Positions 1-9,771 of a stretch of DNA of 64,000 nt are shown here, one piece after another. Origin of the DNA: Ignavibacteriales bacterium (GTDB taxonomy: Bacteria > Bacteroidota > Ignavibacteria > T3Sed10-11); contig PWXV01000009.1 in NCBI GenBank assembly GCA_003568415.1, positions 7,042-71,041 on the forward strand, in the 5' to 3' direction. Position 1 is the first letter of the stretch. Every line of letters begins with the position of its first letter. Under the pieces are notes generated by a model, which was not told where the DNA came from, ran no database searches, and saw nothing but the letters and a program-made list of their open reading frames with translations. The translations under genes were made by a program, and so were the position numbers.

Positions 1-2099
1 CAACGAACCCGATCATACAAGAACATATTGACGCTACGCTCAAAGAGTTAAACGGGGAAAAAGGTAAACCTGAATCGTTTTCACATCTCGATGAAATATT
101 ATCGAAACAAAATTTTCGACTATCATTCTGGCGTGTTGCCAATCAGGAACTAAACTATAAAAGGTTCTTTAACATTAATGAGTTAATCTCCATCCGTGTC
201 CAGGATGAGGAAGTATTCCACTCGACGCATTCACTTATTATTGATCTCATTCAACGCGGAATGATCGATGGATTGCGAGTTGATCATATCGATGGTTTAT
301 ATGACCCGGGAGAATACCTTCAACGGTTACGACGGCTATCCGATGAATTATATATCGTTGTTGAAAAGATAATGGAGTATGACGAACATCTTCCGGAAAG
401 CTGGCCGGTTCAGGGAACTTCGGGATATGATTTTCTGAATCACGTAAACGGTTTATTTTGCCACAAAAAACGGCAAAAAGAATTTACGAAACTATACAGC
501 GATTTTATCGGCAGGGAAATTAATTTTTCACAGTTACTCTATGATAAGAAAAAACTGATCATTGATCGCCAATTAACCGGAGACCTTGATAATCTTGCAC
601 ATCTGCTCAAGCAGATTGCTAATAAATACCGGCATGGGCGGGATATCACCTTTAACGGTTTGCGCAACGGTATGATCGAAATACTTACGTATTTCCCCGT
701 TTATCGCACCTATATCAGTAGTTGGGAGGTTGATGAGGAAGACCGTAGAATAATTGAGGAGACCGTAAGAAAAGCACAATCGAGCAAACCTGCCTACGGA
801 GCTGAAATTAAATTGATTGAAAAGTTTCTGCTGCTCGATTTCTTTGAAGAATTAACCGAGGAAGAACGTAACGATTGTATCGACTTTGTGATGAAATTTC
901 AACGTTTAACCGGTCCCCTGATGGCGAAAGGATTTGAAGATACATCATTATATATTTATAACCGATTAATCTCGCTGAACGATGTCGGCGGAGATCCCTC
1001 TTCATTCGGGACATCATTGCATCAATTTCACGACTTTGCAATCAACCGGTTGGATGTTAGTCCGTATGCAATGAATGCCACCTCAACGCACGATACCAAG
1101 CGGGGAGAGGATGTTCGGGCAAGAATAAATGTGCTTTCTGAAATTCCCCGGGAATGGAAACAACATTTAAAACGATGGGTAACGGTCAATAAAAAATTTA
1201 AAAAGAACATAGACGGCAATTTTGCCCCGGACCGTAACGAAGAATACTTGTTATATCAAACATTGCTCGGAATGTATCCATTCGATGAAGGTGAGGCCGA
1301 CAAAGTCATACCGCGGTTGGAACAGTATATTGAAAAGATGTTGCGTGAAGCAAAAGTACACTCCTTCTGGTCAGAACCCAACACGGAGTACGAAACTGCA
1401 GTAAAAGAATTTGTAACGGCAATTCTGACACCGTCTGACCAAAATTTATTCCTCGATGAATTTATACCGTTTCAGAAAAAGATCGCACATTACGGTATAC
1501 TGAATTCATTATCACAAACGATAATTAAATTGACCGCTCCTGGGGTGCCCGATCTATATCAAGGAACCGAGTTGTGGGATTTAAGTTTGGTAGATCCCGA
1601 TAACAGGCGTCCGGTCGATTATAACCTTCGGGATAAATATTTAGATGAAATTGTGGAACGGAGCAGTCGTGAGGATGTCTTTGAGTACCTTTCGATTCTA
1701 CGGTCGAACGCTTCAGACGGAAGAATTAAAATGTTGTTAACCTATAAAACACTCGCTGCACGAAAAGAACATCCAAATGTTTTTCTTGATGGTGAATATA
1801 GCCCATTGCGGCTAACCGGCAAATTACGAAATCACGTTGTAGCGTTCGCCCGCGAATATGAAAATGCCACGGCGGTAACCATTGCACCACGATGGTTCAC
1901 ATCAATTGTTGACGAACAATCATTTCCGCTTGGTAAAAGTGTGTGGGGCGATACTGCTGTTTACCTCCCGCCGCCACGAACGCGGGTGTGGGGAAATGCG
2001 TTGACCGGTGAAAGAATCGAAAAGGGTGGACGTATGCCGGTAGCAGAAATTTTAACAAGTTATCCGACAGCCCTATTAATCAGTAAGGAATATGCATGA
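1..2099 (+). CDS. treY: malto-oligosyltrehalose synthase (GH13), 5'-truncated by window edge
   Basis: The frame with codons starting at position 3 is open from the window edge. It reads ...FWRVANQELNYKRFFNINELISIRVQDEEVFHSTH...GLRVDHIDGLYDP, the conserved TreY core. The first ATG at 261 is internal. The TGA stop at 2097-2099 overlaps the malQ ATG. Confidence 0.85.
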   Translation, partial: TNPIIQEHIDATLKELNGEKGKPESFSHLDEILSKQNFRLSFWRVANQELNYKRFFNINELISIRVQDEEVFHSTHSLIIDLIQRGMIDGLRVDHIDGLYDPGEYLQRLRRLSDELYIVVEKIMEYDEHLPESWPVQGTSGYDFLNHVNGLFCHKKRQKEFTKLYSDFIGREINFSQLLYDKKKLIIDRQLTGDLDNLAHLLKQIANKYRHGRDITFNGLRNGMIEILTYFPVYRTYISSWEVDEEDRRIIEETVRKAQSSKPAYGAEIKLIEKFLLLDFFEELTEEERNDCIDFVMKFQRLTGPLMAKGFEDTSLYIYNRLISLNDVGGDPSSFGTSLHQFHDFAINRLDVSPYAMNATSTHDTKRGEDVRARINVLSEIPREWKQHLKRWVTVNKKFKKNIDGNFAPDRNEEYLLYQTLLGMYPFDEGEADKVIPRLEQYIEKMLREAKVHSFWSEPNTEYETAVKEFVTAILTPSDQNLFLDEFIPFQKKIAHYGILNSLSQTIIKLTAPGVPDLYQGTELWDLSLVDPDNRRPVDYNLRDKYLDEIVERSSREDVFEYLSILRSNASDGRIKMLLTYKTLAARKEHPNVFLDGEYSPLRLTGKLRNHVVAFAREYENATAVTIAPRWFTSIVDEQSFPLGKSVWGDTAVYLPPPRTRVWGNALTGERIEKGGRMPVAEILTSYPTALLISKEYA

Positions 2100-3595
2100 A
2101 AGTACGTAGCAGTGGAATATTACTTCACGTAACATCGTTACCGTCACCCTATGGCGTTGGTGATCTTGGGCCTTCGTCATATGAGTTTGTAGATTTCCTG
2201 GGACGGACCGATCAGAGTATATGGCAATTACTCCCGTTAAACCCAACAGATATGGCGCATGCAAATTCTCCGTACAGCAGTAACTCTGCGTATGCGGGGA
2301 ACCCTCTTCTTATCAATCCGGAGTTTCTGATCGAAGACGGTCTCTTAAAAAAGAAAGATTTGAATCTCAGTGAGCAATTCGACGGCAACAGAATTGATTA
2401 TCATAAGACAACAGAATTTAAAAATAGAATACTCAATATAGCGTTCAATAAATTTCATTCGAAAAACCGGAAACCGGTTGAATATGAACAATTTTGTTCT
2501 GAGGAAGCTTACTGGCTCGATGATTTCGCTTTGTTTGTTGCACTGAAACAAAAATTTAACGGCAGGGTGTGGTCGGACTGGCCTTGGGAAATTCGTGACA
2601 GAGAAAAAAATAGCATCGAAACGTTACGCAATGAATTGCAGGATGAACTTATCAGGCAAAAATTTTATCAATATTTATTTTTTAAACAGTGGAATGCATT
2701 AAAGCTATACGCAAATAATAATAATGTTACATTATTCGGTGATATTCCTATTTATGTAAATTACGATAGCGCTGATGTATGGTCAAATCCTGAAATTTTT
2801 AAATTGAACGGGGAGAAAAAGCCGGTTGCAGTTGCAGGTGTTCCTCCCGATTTGTTCAGTTCTACAGGCCAGCTCTGGGGTAATCCTGTGTTTAATTGGG
2901 AACGTCTTAAAGAAACCGGTTTCCATTGGTGGTTGCAGCGAATACGGCATAATCTCAAGCAATTTAATTTACTCCGTATCGACCACTTCCGTGGATTAGT
3001 TGCATACTGGGAGGTCGGGGCTCAAGAGAGAACAGCAGTCAACGGCAGATGGGTTGATGTACCGGTAACCGAATTTTTAAATACCATCAGTAAATCATTC
3101 CCGAGCTTACCGCTCGTTGCAGAGGATCTCGGGGTTATAACACCGGATGTTCGTGAAACAATGAACAAATATTCTATTCCCGGCATGAAAGTACTCTTGT
3201 TTGCATTTTTTGACGGAATGGAAAAAGGACCATATATCCCGCATAATCATGTCAAAGACTGTATTGTTTATACCGGTACCCACGACAATAACACGGTACG
3301 CGGGTGGTTCGAACAGGAGGCAAGTCAGGCAGATCAACAACGAATATTCGATTATCTCGGCCGGACGGTATCCGCTGATGAGGTTTCGTGGGAATTTATA
3401 CGAATGGCGATGATGTCGATAGCAAATGTTATTATTATACCATTGCAGGATATTCTGGCACTCGGCACCGGGGCACGAATGAACCGACCGGCAACAGCAA
3501 ACGGAAATTGGGAGTGGCGTCTTCAGCAAGACCAGATTACTCCCGATATCGAAAGCAGACTAAAACATATGACTCATCTGTACGGCAGGGGATGA
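2096..3595 (+). CDS. malQ: 4-alpha-glucanotransferase (amylomaltase, GH77)
   Basis: 499 aa. Contains RSSGILLHVTSLPSPYGVGDLG at the N-terminus, LRIDHFRG, and YTGTHDNNT. ATGA overlap with treY. Confidence 0.9.
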   Translation: MKVRSSGILLHVTSLPSPYGVGDLGPSSYEFVDFLGRTDQSIWQLLPLNPTDMAHANSPYSSNSAYAGNPLLINPEFLIEDGLLKKKDLNLSEQFDGNRIDYHKTTEFKNRILNIAFNKFHSKNRKPVEYEQFCSEEAYWLDDFALFVALKQKFNGRVWSDWPWEIRDREKNSIETLRNELQDELIRQKFYQYLFFKQWNALKLYANNNNVTLFGDIPIYVNYDSADVWSNPEIFKLNGEKKPVAVAGVPPDLFSSTGQLWGNPVFNWERLKETGFHWWLQRIRHNLKQFNLLRIDHFRGLVAYWEVGAQERTAVNGRWVDVPVTEFLNTISKSFPSLPLVAEDLGVITPDVRETMNKYSIPGMKVLLFAFFDGMEKGPYIPHNHVKDCIVYTGTHDNNTVRGWFEQEASQADQQRIFDYLGRTVSADEVSWEFIRMAMMSIANVIIIPLQDILALGTGARMNRPATANGNWEWRLQQDQITPDIESRLKHMTHLYGRG

Positions 3596-3727
3596 GACAT
3601 AAAGCTATGGAGTGATTGGTTGATTTTATGAATGAATAGTGTTCATAGTAAATAAGTAACCTCGCAGAGCTCAACGAGCTATATTGTCAACTGTATTCTA
3701 TAGCCAACTGTAAACTGAACCTAAGTC

Positions 3728-4708
3728 TTACAGCCATCCGTATTCCCGGTACCAATCAAGTGTGTTTTTAATGCCTTCCTCGAGTGATACTTTCTGCCGA
3801 TAACCAAAATCATGTTTCGCTGCTTCTACGCTGCAAGACCAATTATCGGCTACCATATCTTTACCTTTTTCGTAATTCAATACAGATGGTTTTTTCTTGA
3901 ATTTTGATAGAAACCCTGAAATTCCCGCTATTCCCATTACAAAAAATTCGGGTATACGTATTTTAATGGTTTTTCGTCCGACCACTTTTGCAGTCACCTC
4001 ACCGATTTGCTGCCAGTTATAAATTTCTTCACTGCCGACAAAATATACTTTTCCTTTGGTTTTTTCCGATAATGTTGCATCAACAATGCCCCCGGCAAGA
4101 TCGTACGCATGTACCAAACTTACCTTTTTGGGTGAAAATCCCACTAATGGAACCAATCCCCGATTTACCGATTGGAAAAACGACAAAGTCGCTGTATCAC
4201 GAGGACCGTACACAGCCGGTGGCCGGATAATTGTAACGGGTATCGAATCGGCATATGTCAATACTGTCTGTTCTGCAGCGAGTTTACTTTCCCCATAAGT
4301 AGTTATTGGTTGGGGAGGGGTGGTCTCATCAACCGGTTTTTCATTTTGTCCGGGTCCGATCGCGGTTGCACTGCTGACGTGCAGAAAGCGTTTGAGTTGG
4401 GTATTATATTTTTGTACCGCATCAAGGATATTTTTAGTGGCAACTACATTTCCGTTGTAAAATCCTTCCCGGTTTTTTGCTGCAACAACTCCCGCAACGT
4501 GTATAACAATATCAACACCGGCTACCGCTTCTTGAAGGGAATCAACATCGTTAAAATTTCCGTATACTAATTGAACCGGTAAGGCTTCAAGCCATTGTAA
4601 ATTACTTGATTTTCGAACAAGACAGCGAACATCATAATTTCTTTTCAATAAATCTTCAACAACATGACTTCCTATAAATCCGGTTCCACCTGTTACTAAT
4701 ATCGTCAT
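3728..4708 (-). CDS. NAD(P)-dependent epimerase/dehydratase-family reductase (extended SDR)
   Basis: 326 aa. Has the N-terminal Rossmann motif ILVTGGTGFIGSH and the catalytic YGESK (YxxxK). Transcribed divergently from the SPT-like gene. Confidence 0.8.
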   Translation of the reverse strand: MTILVTGGTGFIGSHVVEDLLKRNYDVRCLVRKSSNLQWLEALPVQLVYGNFNDVDSLQEAVAGVDIVIHVAGVVAAKNREGFYNGNVVATKNILDAVQKYNTQLKRFLHVSSATAIGPGQNEKPVDETTPPQPITTYGESKLAAEQTVLTYADSIPVTIIRPPAVYGPRDTATLSFFQSVNRGLVPLVGFSPKKVSLVHAYDLAGGIVDATLSEKTKGKVYFVGSEEIYNWQQIGEVTAKVVGRKTIKIRIPEFFVMGIAGISGFLSKFKKKPSVLNYEKGKDMVADNWSCSVEAAKHDFGYRQKVSLEEGIKNTLDWYREYGWL

Positions 4709-4738
4709 GAATACTACCTAGTATGAGTGATCATTCGG

Positions 4739-4767
4739 TTGACTTTTGTGAGGGATTAAAGTATATT
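4739..4767 (+). promoter_or_regulatory. sigma70-like promoter candidate (TTGACT-17 nt-TATATT) upstream of the SPT-like operon
   Basis: Hexamers and 17-nt spacer read directly from the sequence, about 155 nt upstream of the GTG start at 4922. No experimental support. Confidence 0.3.
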
Positions 4768-4921
4768 AAAAAAAATCTGTAATAGCAAATAGCATAAATA
4801 CGCCTAATAAATATGTAATTTCTTGATACCAGGCAATACCCCAATCTTAATCATATCAATGTCCATCTCAACAGTAGATATTCCAATATCGAATAAGAAA
4901 ATATTGTAACGGAGGCAATAC

Positions 4922-6115
4922 GTGGATTTATTTGAAAAATGTCACAACTTTAAGCGAGCAGACGAGGTAAAAGCATTAGGTTATTATCCATATTTCAGAC
5001 CGATTGAAGAAAATGAAGGGCCTGTTGTGCAGATCGAAGGCCGTAAAGTTATTATGGCTGGTTCAAATAATTATCTGGGACTAACAGCAGACCCTCGCGT
5101 GAAGGAAGCTGCCATTCAGGCTGTGGAAAAATATGGAACAGGTTGCTCCGGTTCACGCTATCTAACCGGTACACTCGATCTGCATAATGAATTGGAGAAA
5201 AGACTCGCTGAATATTTTGGAAAAGAAGATTGCCTGCTTTTTAGTACAGGCTACCAGACGGCTCAGGGTATTATACCAACCCTCGTACAAAAAGGTGAGT
5301 ATGTTGTATCTGATAGAGATAACCATGCCTGTATAGTTGCCGGTAATCTTATGGCAAAGGGCGCTTTTGCCGACATAGCTCGTTATAAACACAACAATAT
5401 GAAGGATCTCGAGCGAGTCATTACTCAAATCCCAAAAGAAAAGGGGAAACTTATTGTTACGGACGGAGTCTTCAGCACCACCGGTGAGATAGTTGATCTT
5501 CCCGAACTTGTTCGCATTGCGAAGGAGAATAATGCAAGAATTCTCGTAGATGATGCACACTCTGTGGGTGTAATCGGAAAGGGCGGACGCGGTACGGCAA
5601 GCCACTTCGGTCTCGAGGACGAGATAGATATGACCATGGGCACGTTCAGTAAAACGTTTGCGTCGCTCGGTGGCTTCGTAGTCGGTGAACGTGCGGTAAT
5701 AAATTACATAAAACACCATGCTCCGGCTCTCATTTTCTCTGCAAGTCCGACACCTGCTGCTGTTGCCGCTGCCATTGCCGCACTTGATATTTTACTTGAG
5801 AGTCCGCACTTGATTGAAAGACTTATAAAAAATTGTGATAAAATGCGGAAGGGATTTAAAGAGCTCGGATTTAAAATTATTGACGGGCAAACGGGTGTTG
5901 TACCGGTAATTATCGGAGATGATATGAAAACATTCATATTCTGGAGACAATTATTCGATGCCGGTGTCTTTGTCAATGCATTTATTAGTCCGGGTGTCCC
6001 CCCGGGTATGCAAATGCTCCGTACAAGTTATATGGCTACTCACGAGGATGAACATCTCGATGCAATTATCGAGATATTCGGTAAAATTGGTAAAGAACTC
6101 GGGGTGATATCATAA
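4922..6115 (+). CDS. PLP-dependent alpha-oxoamine synthase, serine palmitoyltransferase-like
   Basis: 397 aa. GTG start preceded by ACGGAGG. Blocks [25 protein letters not shown] and [15 protein letters not shown] (PLP lysine) resemble bacterial Spt more than Kbl/BioF. The C-terminus is also Kbl-like, so substrate specificity is unproven. Confidence 0.8.
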   Translation: MDLFEKCHNFKRADEVKALGYYPYFRPIEENEGPVVQIEGRKVIMAGSNNYLGLTADPRVKEAAIQAVEKYGTGCSGSRYLTGTLDLHNELEKRLAEYFGKEDCLLFSTGYQTAQGIIPTLVQKGEYVVSDRDNHACIVAGNLMAKGAFADIARYKHNNMKDLERVITQIPKEKGKLIVTDGVFSTTGEIVDLPELVRIAKENNARILVDDAHSVGVIGKGGRGTASHFGLEDEIDMTMGTFSKTFASLGGFVVGERAVINYIKHHAPALIFSASPTPAAVAAAIAALDILLESPHLIERLIKNCDKMRKGFKELGFKIIDGQTGVVPVIIGDDMKTFIFWRQLFDAGVFVNAFISPGVPPGMQMLRTSYMATHEDEHLDAIIEIFGKIGKELGVIS

Positions 6116-6131
6116 TTATATTTATCAGCTA

Positions 6132-7289
6132 TTGAATAATACATATCTGGGAGCTATGGCAATTCAATCAAATGCTGTCAAAATTGTACCGGTTACTACC
6201 AAACGAGACCGCGAACGGTTCATCAAAATGGTATGGCCGTTGTATAAGGATTATCCCAATTGGGTCCCCCCCTTATTACTCGATAGAAGGATGATACTTG
6301 ATACGAAGAAAAATCCTTTTTATCAACACGCTGATATTCAGTTATTTCTTTCCTATCGTAACAATGAAATTGTCGGCAGAATTGCAGCTATTTTGAATCA
6401 TAACCACAATTCTTTTCACAATGAGAACGTGGGATTCTTTGGATTTTTTGAATCCATAAATGATCAAACTGTTTCAAACATGCTGATAGAGAAAGCAAAA
6501 GAATGGCTTTCAGAGAGGGGAGCAGAATCAATTCGCGGTCCGATGAATCCTTCAACAAATGATGACATCGGCACTTTAGTGGAAGGATTTGACAAGCCAC
6601 CCGCTGTTATGATGCCGTACAATCCTGAATATTATGATGATCTAATGAGAGGTGCCGGATTGGAAAAAGTGAAAGACATTTACAGTTACTACGTCCATCG
6701 GGATCAGGTGTTTGGAGGGAAACTTTTCCGTGTTATGGAAAAACTAAAACAAAGGGAAACGTTTAAAATAAGACCACTTAACATGAAAGATTTCAAGGCT
6801 GAATTGAATCGAGTTAAAGTTGTTTATAATAATGCCTGGTCAAAAAACTGGGGATTTGTTCCTATGACCGATGCCGAGTTTGACCACCTTGCCGACAGTT
6901 TTAAACAAATCGTTGATCCCCGCATTGTCTTATTTGCAGAAAAAGATGACCAACCGGTAGGATTCGGTCTTTCAGTTCCAGATATAAATCAGATTCTCAT
7001 ACGCAATAAAAAAGGCCGTTTAATACCGGGAGCATTGCGGTTGTTGCTGAACAAGAAGAAAATTGATTTTATCAGGATAATACTGCTCGGGGTAATACAC
7101 GAATATCAACGGGGAAGCGCAGGGGCTATATTATTTTATGAAACGGCCGTTCGCGGAGTACAATATGGCTATTATCACGGCGAAGCAGGGTGGGTTCTTG
7201 ACAATAATATCATGATGCAGCGAGCAGCCGATTTTTTAAATGCCGAGCGATACAAAACATACAGAATATATGAAGCACCAATAGCTTAG
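6132..7289 (+). CDS. uncharacterised two-lobed GNAT-fold N-acyltransferase
   Basis: 385 aa. FGFFES...NPSTNDDIGTLVEGFD in the N-terminal half and a GNAT-like QRGSAGAILFYE core near the C-terminus. Lies 16 nt after the SPT-like gene. The start is ambiguous: TTG at 6132 or ATG at 6156. Confidence 0.55.
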   Translation: MNNTYLGAMAIQSNAVKIVPVTTKRDRERFIKMVWPLYKDYPNWVPPLLLDRRMILDTKKNPFYQHADIQLFLSYRNNEIVGRIAAILNHNHNSFHNENVGFFGFFESINDQTVSNMLIEKAKEWLSERGAESIRGPMNPSTNDDIGTLVEGFDKPPAVMMPYNPEYYDDLMRGAGLEKVKDIYSYYVHRDQVFGGKLFRVMEKLKQRETFKIRPLNMKDFKAELNRVKVVYNNAWSKNWGFVPMTDAEFDHLADSFKQIVDPRIVLFAEKDDQPVGFGLSVPDINQILIRNKKGRLIPGALRLLLNKKKIDFIRIILLGVIHEYQRGSAGAILFYETAVRGVQYGYYHGEAGWVLDNNIMMQRAADFLNAERYKTYRIYEAPIA

Positions 7290-7300
7290 AGGTTTGTTAT

Positions 7301-8212
7301 TTGAAAAAAACTGATTATATCTGGATGAATGGTTCATTGATTGAGTGGGATAAGGCCACCATCCATGTATTATCCCATGTCGTTCATTATGGTTCATCAT
7401 GGTTTGAAGGAATCCGTTGTTATAAAACTAAACGAGGAAGCGCCGTCTTTCAATTAATTCCACATCTCGAAAGATTGGTTGATTCAGCAAAGATATACCG
7501 CACCACTGTTCCATACTCTATTGATGAGCTTAGTAATGCAACACTTGAAGTAATTCGTGCAAATAATTTGGAAAGCTGCTATATCCGGCCTGTTGTCTAT
7601 AGAGGATTCTACGAATTAGGAGTGAATCCACTTCGATGTCCTATTGAGACTGTTATTGCCACCTGGGAATGGGGGCATTATCTCGGAGTTGATTCAATCA
7701 AAAACGGAATTGATGTTATGACCTCAAGTTGGAGGCGCTTTGCCGGCTCCACTATTCCCGCAATGGCAAAAGCAGGCGGTAATTATATTAATGCGCAACT
7801 TATAAAAATGGAAGCACTTGAAAATGGTTACGCTGAGGGACTAGTTCTTGATGGTCATGGAAATATTAGTGAGGGCAGCGGTGAGAATATTTTTATTGTA
7901 AAAGACGGCATTCTTTATACTCCGCCTTTGGCGTCAGGTGTTTTATATGGAATTACACGTGGTGTTGTTTTGCGATTAGCTGAAGAAGAAGAAGTAGATA
8001 TTCGTGAGCAAGTAATTCCACGGGAGTTTATCTATACAGCCGATGAAGTATTTTTCACCGGAACCGCAGCAGAAATAACACCGGTGAAAACCATCGATAA
8101 AATCAGTATCGGCACCGGTAAACCTGGTGCGATAACAATGCTGCTCCAGGACCGGTTTTATCGTATAACACGTGATGGAATTGATGAGCACAATTGGTTA
8201 ACGTGGTTATAA
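7301..8212 (+). CDS. ilvE: branched-chain amino acid aminotransferase (class IV)
   Basis: 303 aa. Contains IWMNG...W, EGIRCY, KAGGNYINAQL and GSGENIF. TTG start 11 nt after the GNAT gene. Confidence 0.85.
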   Translation: MKKTDYIWMNGSLIEWDKATIHVLSHVVHYGSSWFEGIRCYKTKRGSAVFQLIPHLERLVDSAKIYRTTVPYSIDELSNATLEVIRANNLESCYIRPVVYRGFYELGVNPLRCPIETVIATWEWGHYLGVDSIKNGIDVMTSSWRRFAGSTIPAMAKAGGNYINAQLIKMEALENGYAEGLVLDGHGNISEGSGENIFIVKDGILYTPPLASGVLYGITRGVVLRLAEEEEVDIREQVIPREFIYTADEVFFTGTAAEITPVKTIDKISIGTGKPGAITMLLQDRFYRITRDGIDEHNWLTWL

Positions 8213-8253
8213 CGCAATATTAACGATGTATAATTAACATCAGGGATTCAACT

Positions 8254-8763
8254 ATGGTACCTATTGACCGAATTCTCGTTCCAATCGATTTTTCCTCCTA
8301 TTCAAAAAAAGCTCTGCAATATGCTGTTCCGTTTGCCCGCAAATTTAAGGGTGAAATTCTACTGCTCCACGTTGTTGAACCGGCAATTTATCCTGCTGAT
8401 TTTAACTTCGGGCAGGTCGGAATACCTTCAATTGAAGATGAATTAAAGACGAAAGCAGAGGAAGAATTAAAGAAACTGCAGGAAAAAGAAACGAAACGTC
8501 GTGCACGATCATCAATAATGGTGCGTGTCGGTAAACCGTTCATAGAAATAATTACGGCTGCAAAGGAAGAAAATATTGATCTGATTATTATGGCCACCCA
8601 CGGTCATTCCGGTATTGAACAGATCTTGTTCGGAAGCACGGCAGAGCGTGTCGTCAGAAAGGCACACTGCCCGGTATTAACTGTACGAACGCAAGAGATG
8701 TATGAGAAAACAATAGAGGTTGAAAAAAAGTACGGGAAAAGTAAGCGAGGCAAAAGCGAGTAA
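8254..8763 (+). CDS. universal stress protein family
   Basis: 169 aa. ILVPIDFS...LLHV...DLIIMATHGHSG...GSTAERVVRKAHCPVLTV is the UspA ATP-binding pattern. Confidence 0.8.
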   Translation: MVPIDRILVPIDFSSYSKKALQYAVPFARKFKGEILLLHVVEPAIYPADFNFGQVGIPSIEDELKTKAEEELKKLQEKETKRRARSSIMVRVGKPFIEIITAAKEENIDLIIMATHGHSGIEQILFGSTAERVVRKAHCPVLTVRTQEMYEKTIEVEKKYGKSKRGKSE

Positions 8764-8765
8764 TG

Positions 8766-9761
8766 CTATTTTGTTCGCTCTATTGCAAACGTGACGAGTT
8801 CTTTGATAGCGTCTTTTGCAGATGATTCGGATAGTGGTTCTATGCATGCACGTGCTCGTTCGGCATATTCTACGGCTTTTTTAGATGCATACTCCAATCC
8901 GCCTTGATTATCGACAAAATCTATAACGTAATCAATTTCTTTCCTCGATGCACCGTTTTTAATTATTCGAACGATCTTCCGGTTACTTCTCTTATCTGCT
9001 TTTTTCAGGGCGTAAATTAACGGCAACGTGAATTTCTTTTCTTTCATATCAATACCTGTTGGTTTTCCGGTTATTATAGAACGGCCTATATAATCCAACA
9101 AGTCATCGCGTATCTGAAAAGCCATACCCAGGTTCTCACCAAAGTCACGCAATCGTTTCCACTGTTCTTTATCGTCGGTCACACTGGCTGCTCCGAGTTC
9201 ACAACACGTTCCGATGAGCGAGGCGGTTTTTCCCGAAATAATTTGAAAATATGTTTCTTCAGTGATGTCGTATGTTTTACTCTTCTGTATTTGCAGCAGT
9301 TCGCCTTCACTCATTCGTTTTACGGAATCTGAGATTATCTTCAAAAAATAAAACTCATCCTGTTCGAGAGCGATAAGCAGTCCACGGGCGAGAAAATAAT
9401 CACCCATAAGAACTGCAACTTTATTTTTCCATATACGATTTATTGAGGGAAGACCTCGTCGGGTATCGGATTGATCAACAACATCATCGTGAACGAGTGT
9501 GGCTGTGTGAAGAATTTCCACAAGGGTTGCTGCACGGTACGTTCGCTCGTTAACCGAACCGATTAAATTTGCCGATAGAAAAACAAGAATAGGACGGATT
9601 TTTTTACCCTTCTGGCGGGCAATATATCGTGCTACCGTGTCGACAATACCCACACGGGAGCGCATCTCTCGTTTAAAATGTTTTGAGAATGATTTTAAAT
9701 CTTCTTGTATTGGAGAACTTATTTTTTTCAGATTCACAGACCTGACCTTAGATTCGAACAT
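8766..9761 (-). CDS. ispB: long-chain polyprenyl diphosphate synthase
   Basis: 331 aa. Has two aspartate-rich motifs, LVHDDVVD and FQIRDDLLD. Confidence 0.85.
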   Translation of the reverse strand: MFESKVRSVNLKKISSPIQEDLKSFSKHFKREMRSRVGIVDTVARYIARQKGKKIRPILVFLSANLIGSVNERTYRAATLVEILHTATLVHDDVVDQSDTRRGLPSINRIWKNKVAVLMGDYFLARGLLIALEQDEFYFLKIISDSVKRMSEGELLQIQKSKTYDITEETYFQIISGKTASLIGTCCELGAASVTDDKEQWKRLRDFGENLGMAFQIRDDLLDYIGRSIITGKPTGIDMKEKKFTLPLIYALKKADKRSNRKIVRIIKNGASRKEIDYVIDFVDNQGGLEYASKKAVEYAERARACIEPLSESSAKDAIKELVTFAIERTK

Positions 9762-9771
9762 ATTGATAAAT

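Noticed and set aside
3107-5719. Long antisense ORFs inside malQ (3107-3529, 140 aa), the epimerase gene (3988-4570, plus strand) and the SPT-like gene (5162-5719, 185 aa)
   Set aside because: They lie fully within, and opposite to, CDSs with unmistakable conserved motifs. Their sequences are low-complexity and lack translation signals.
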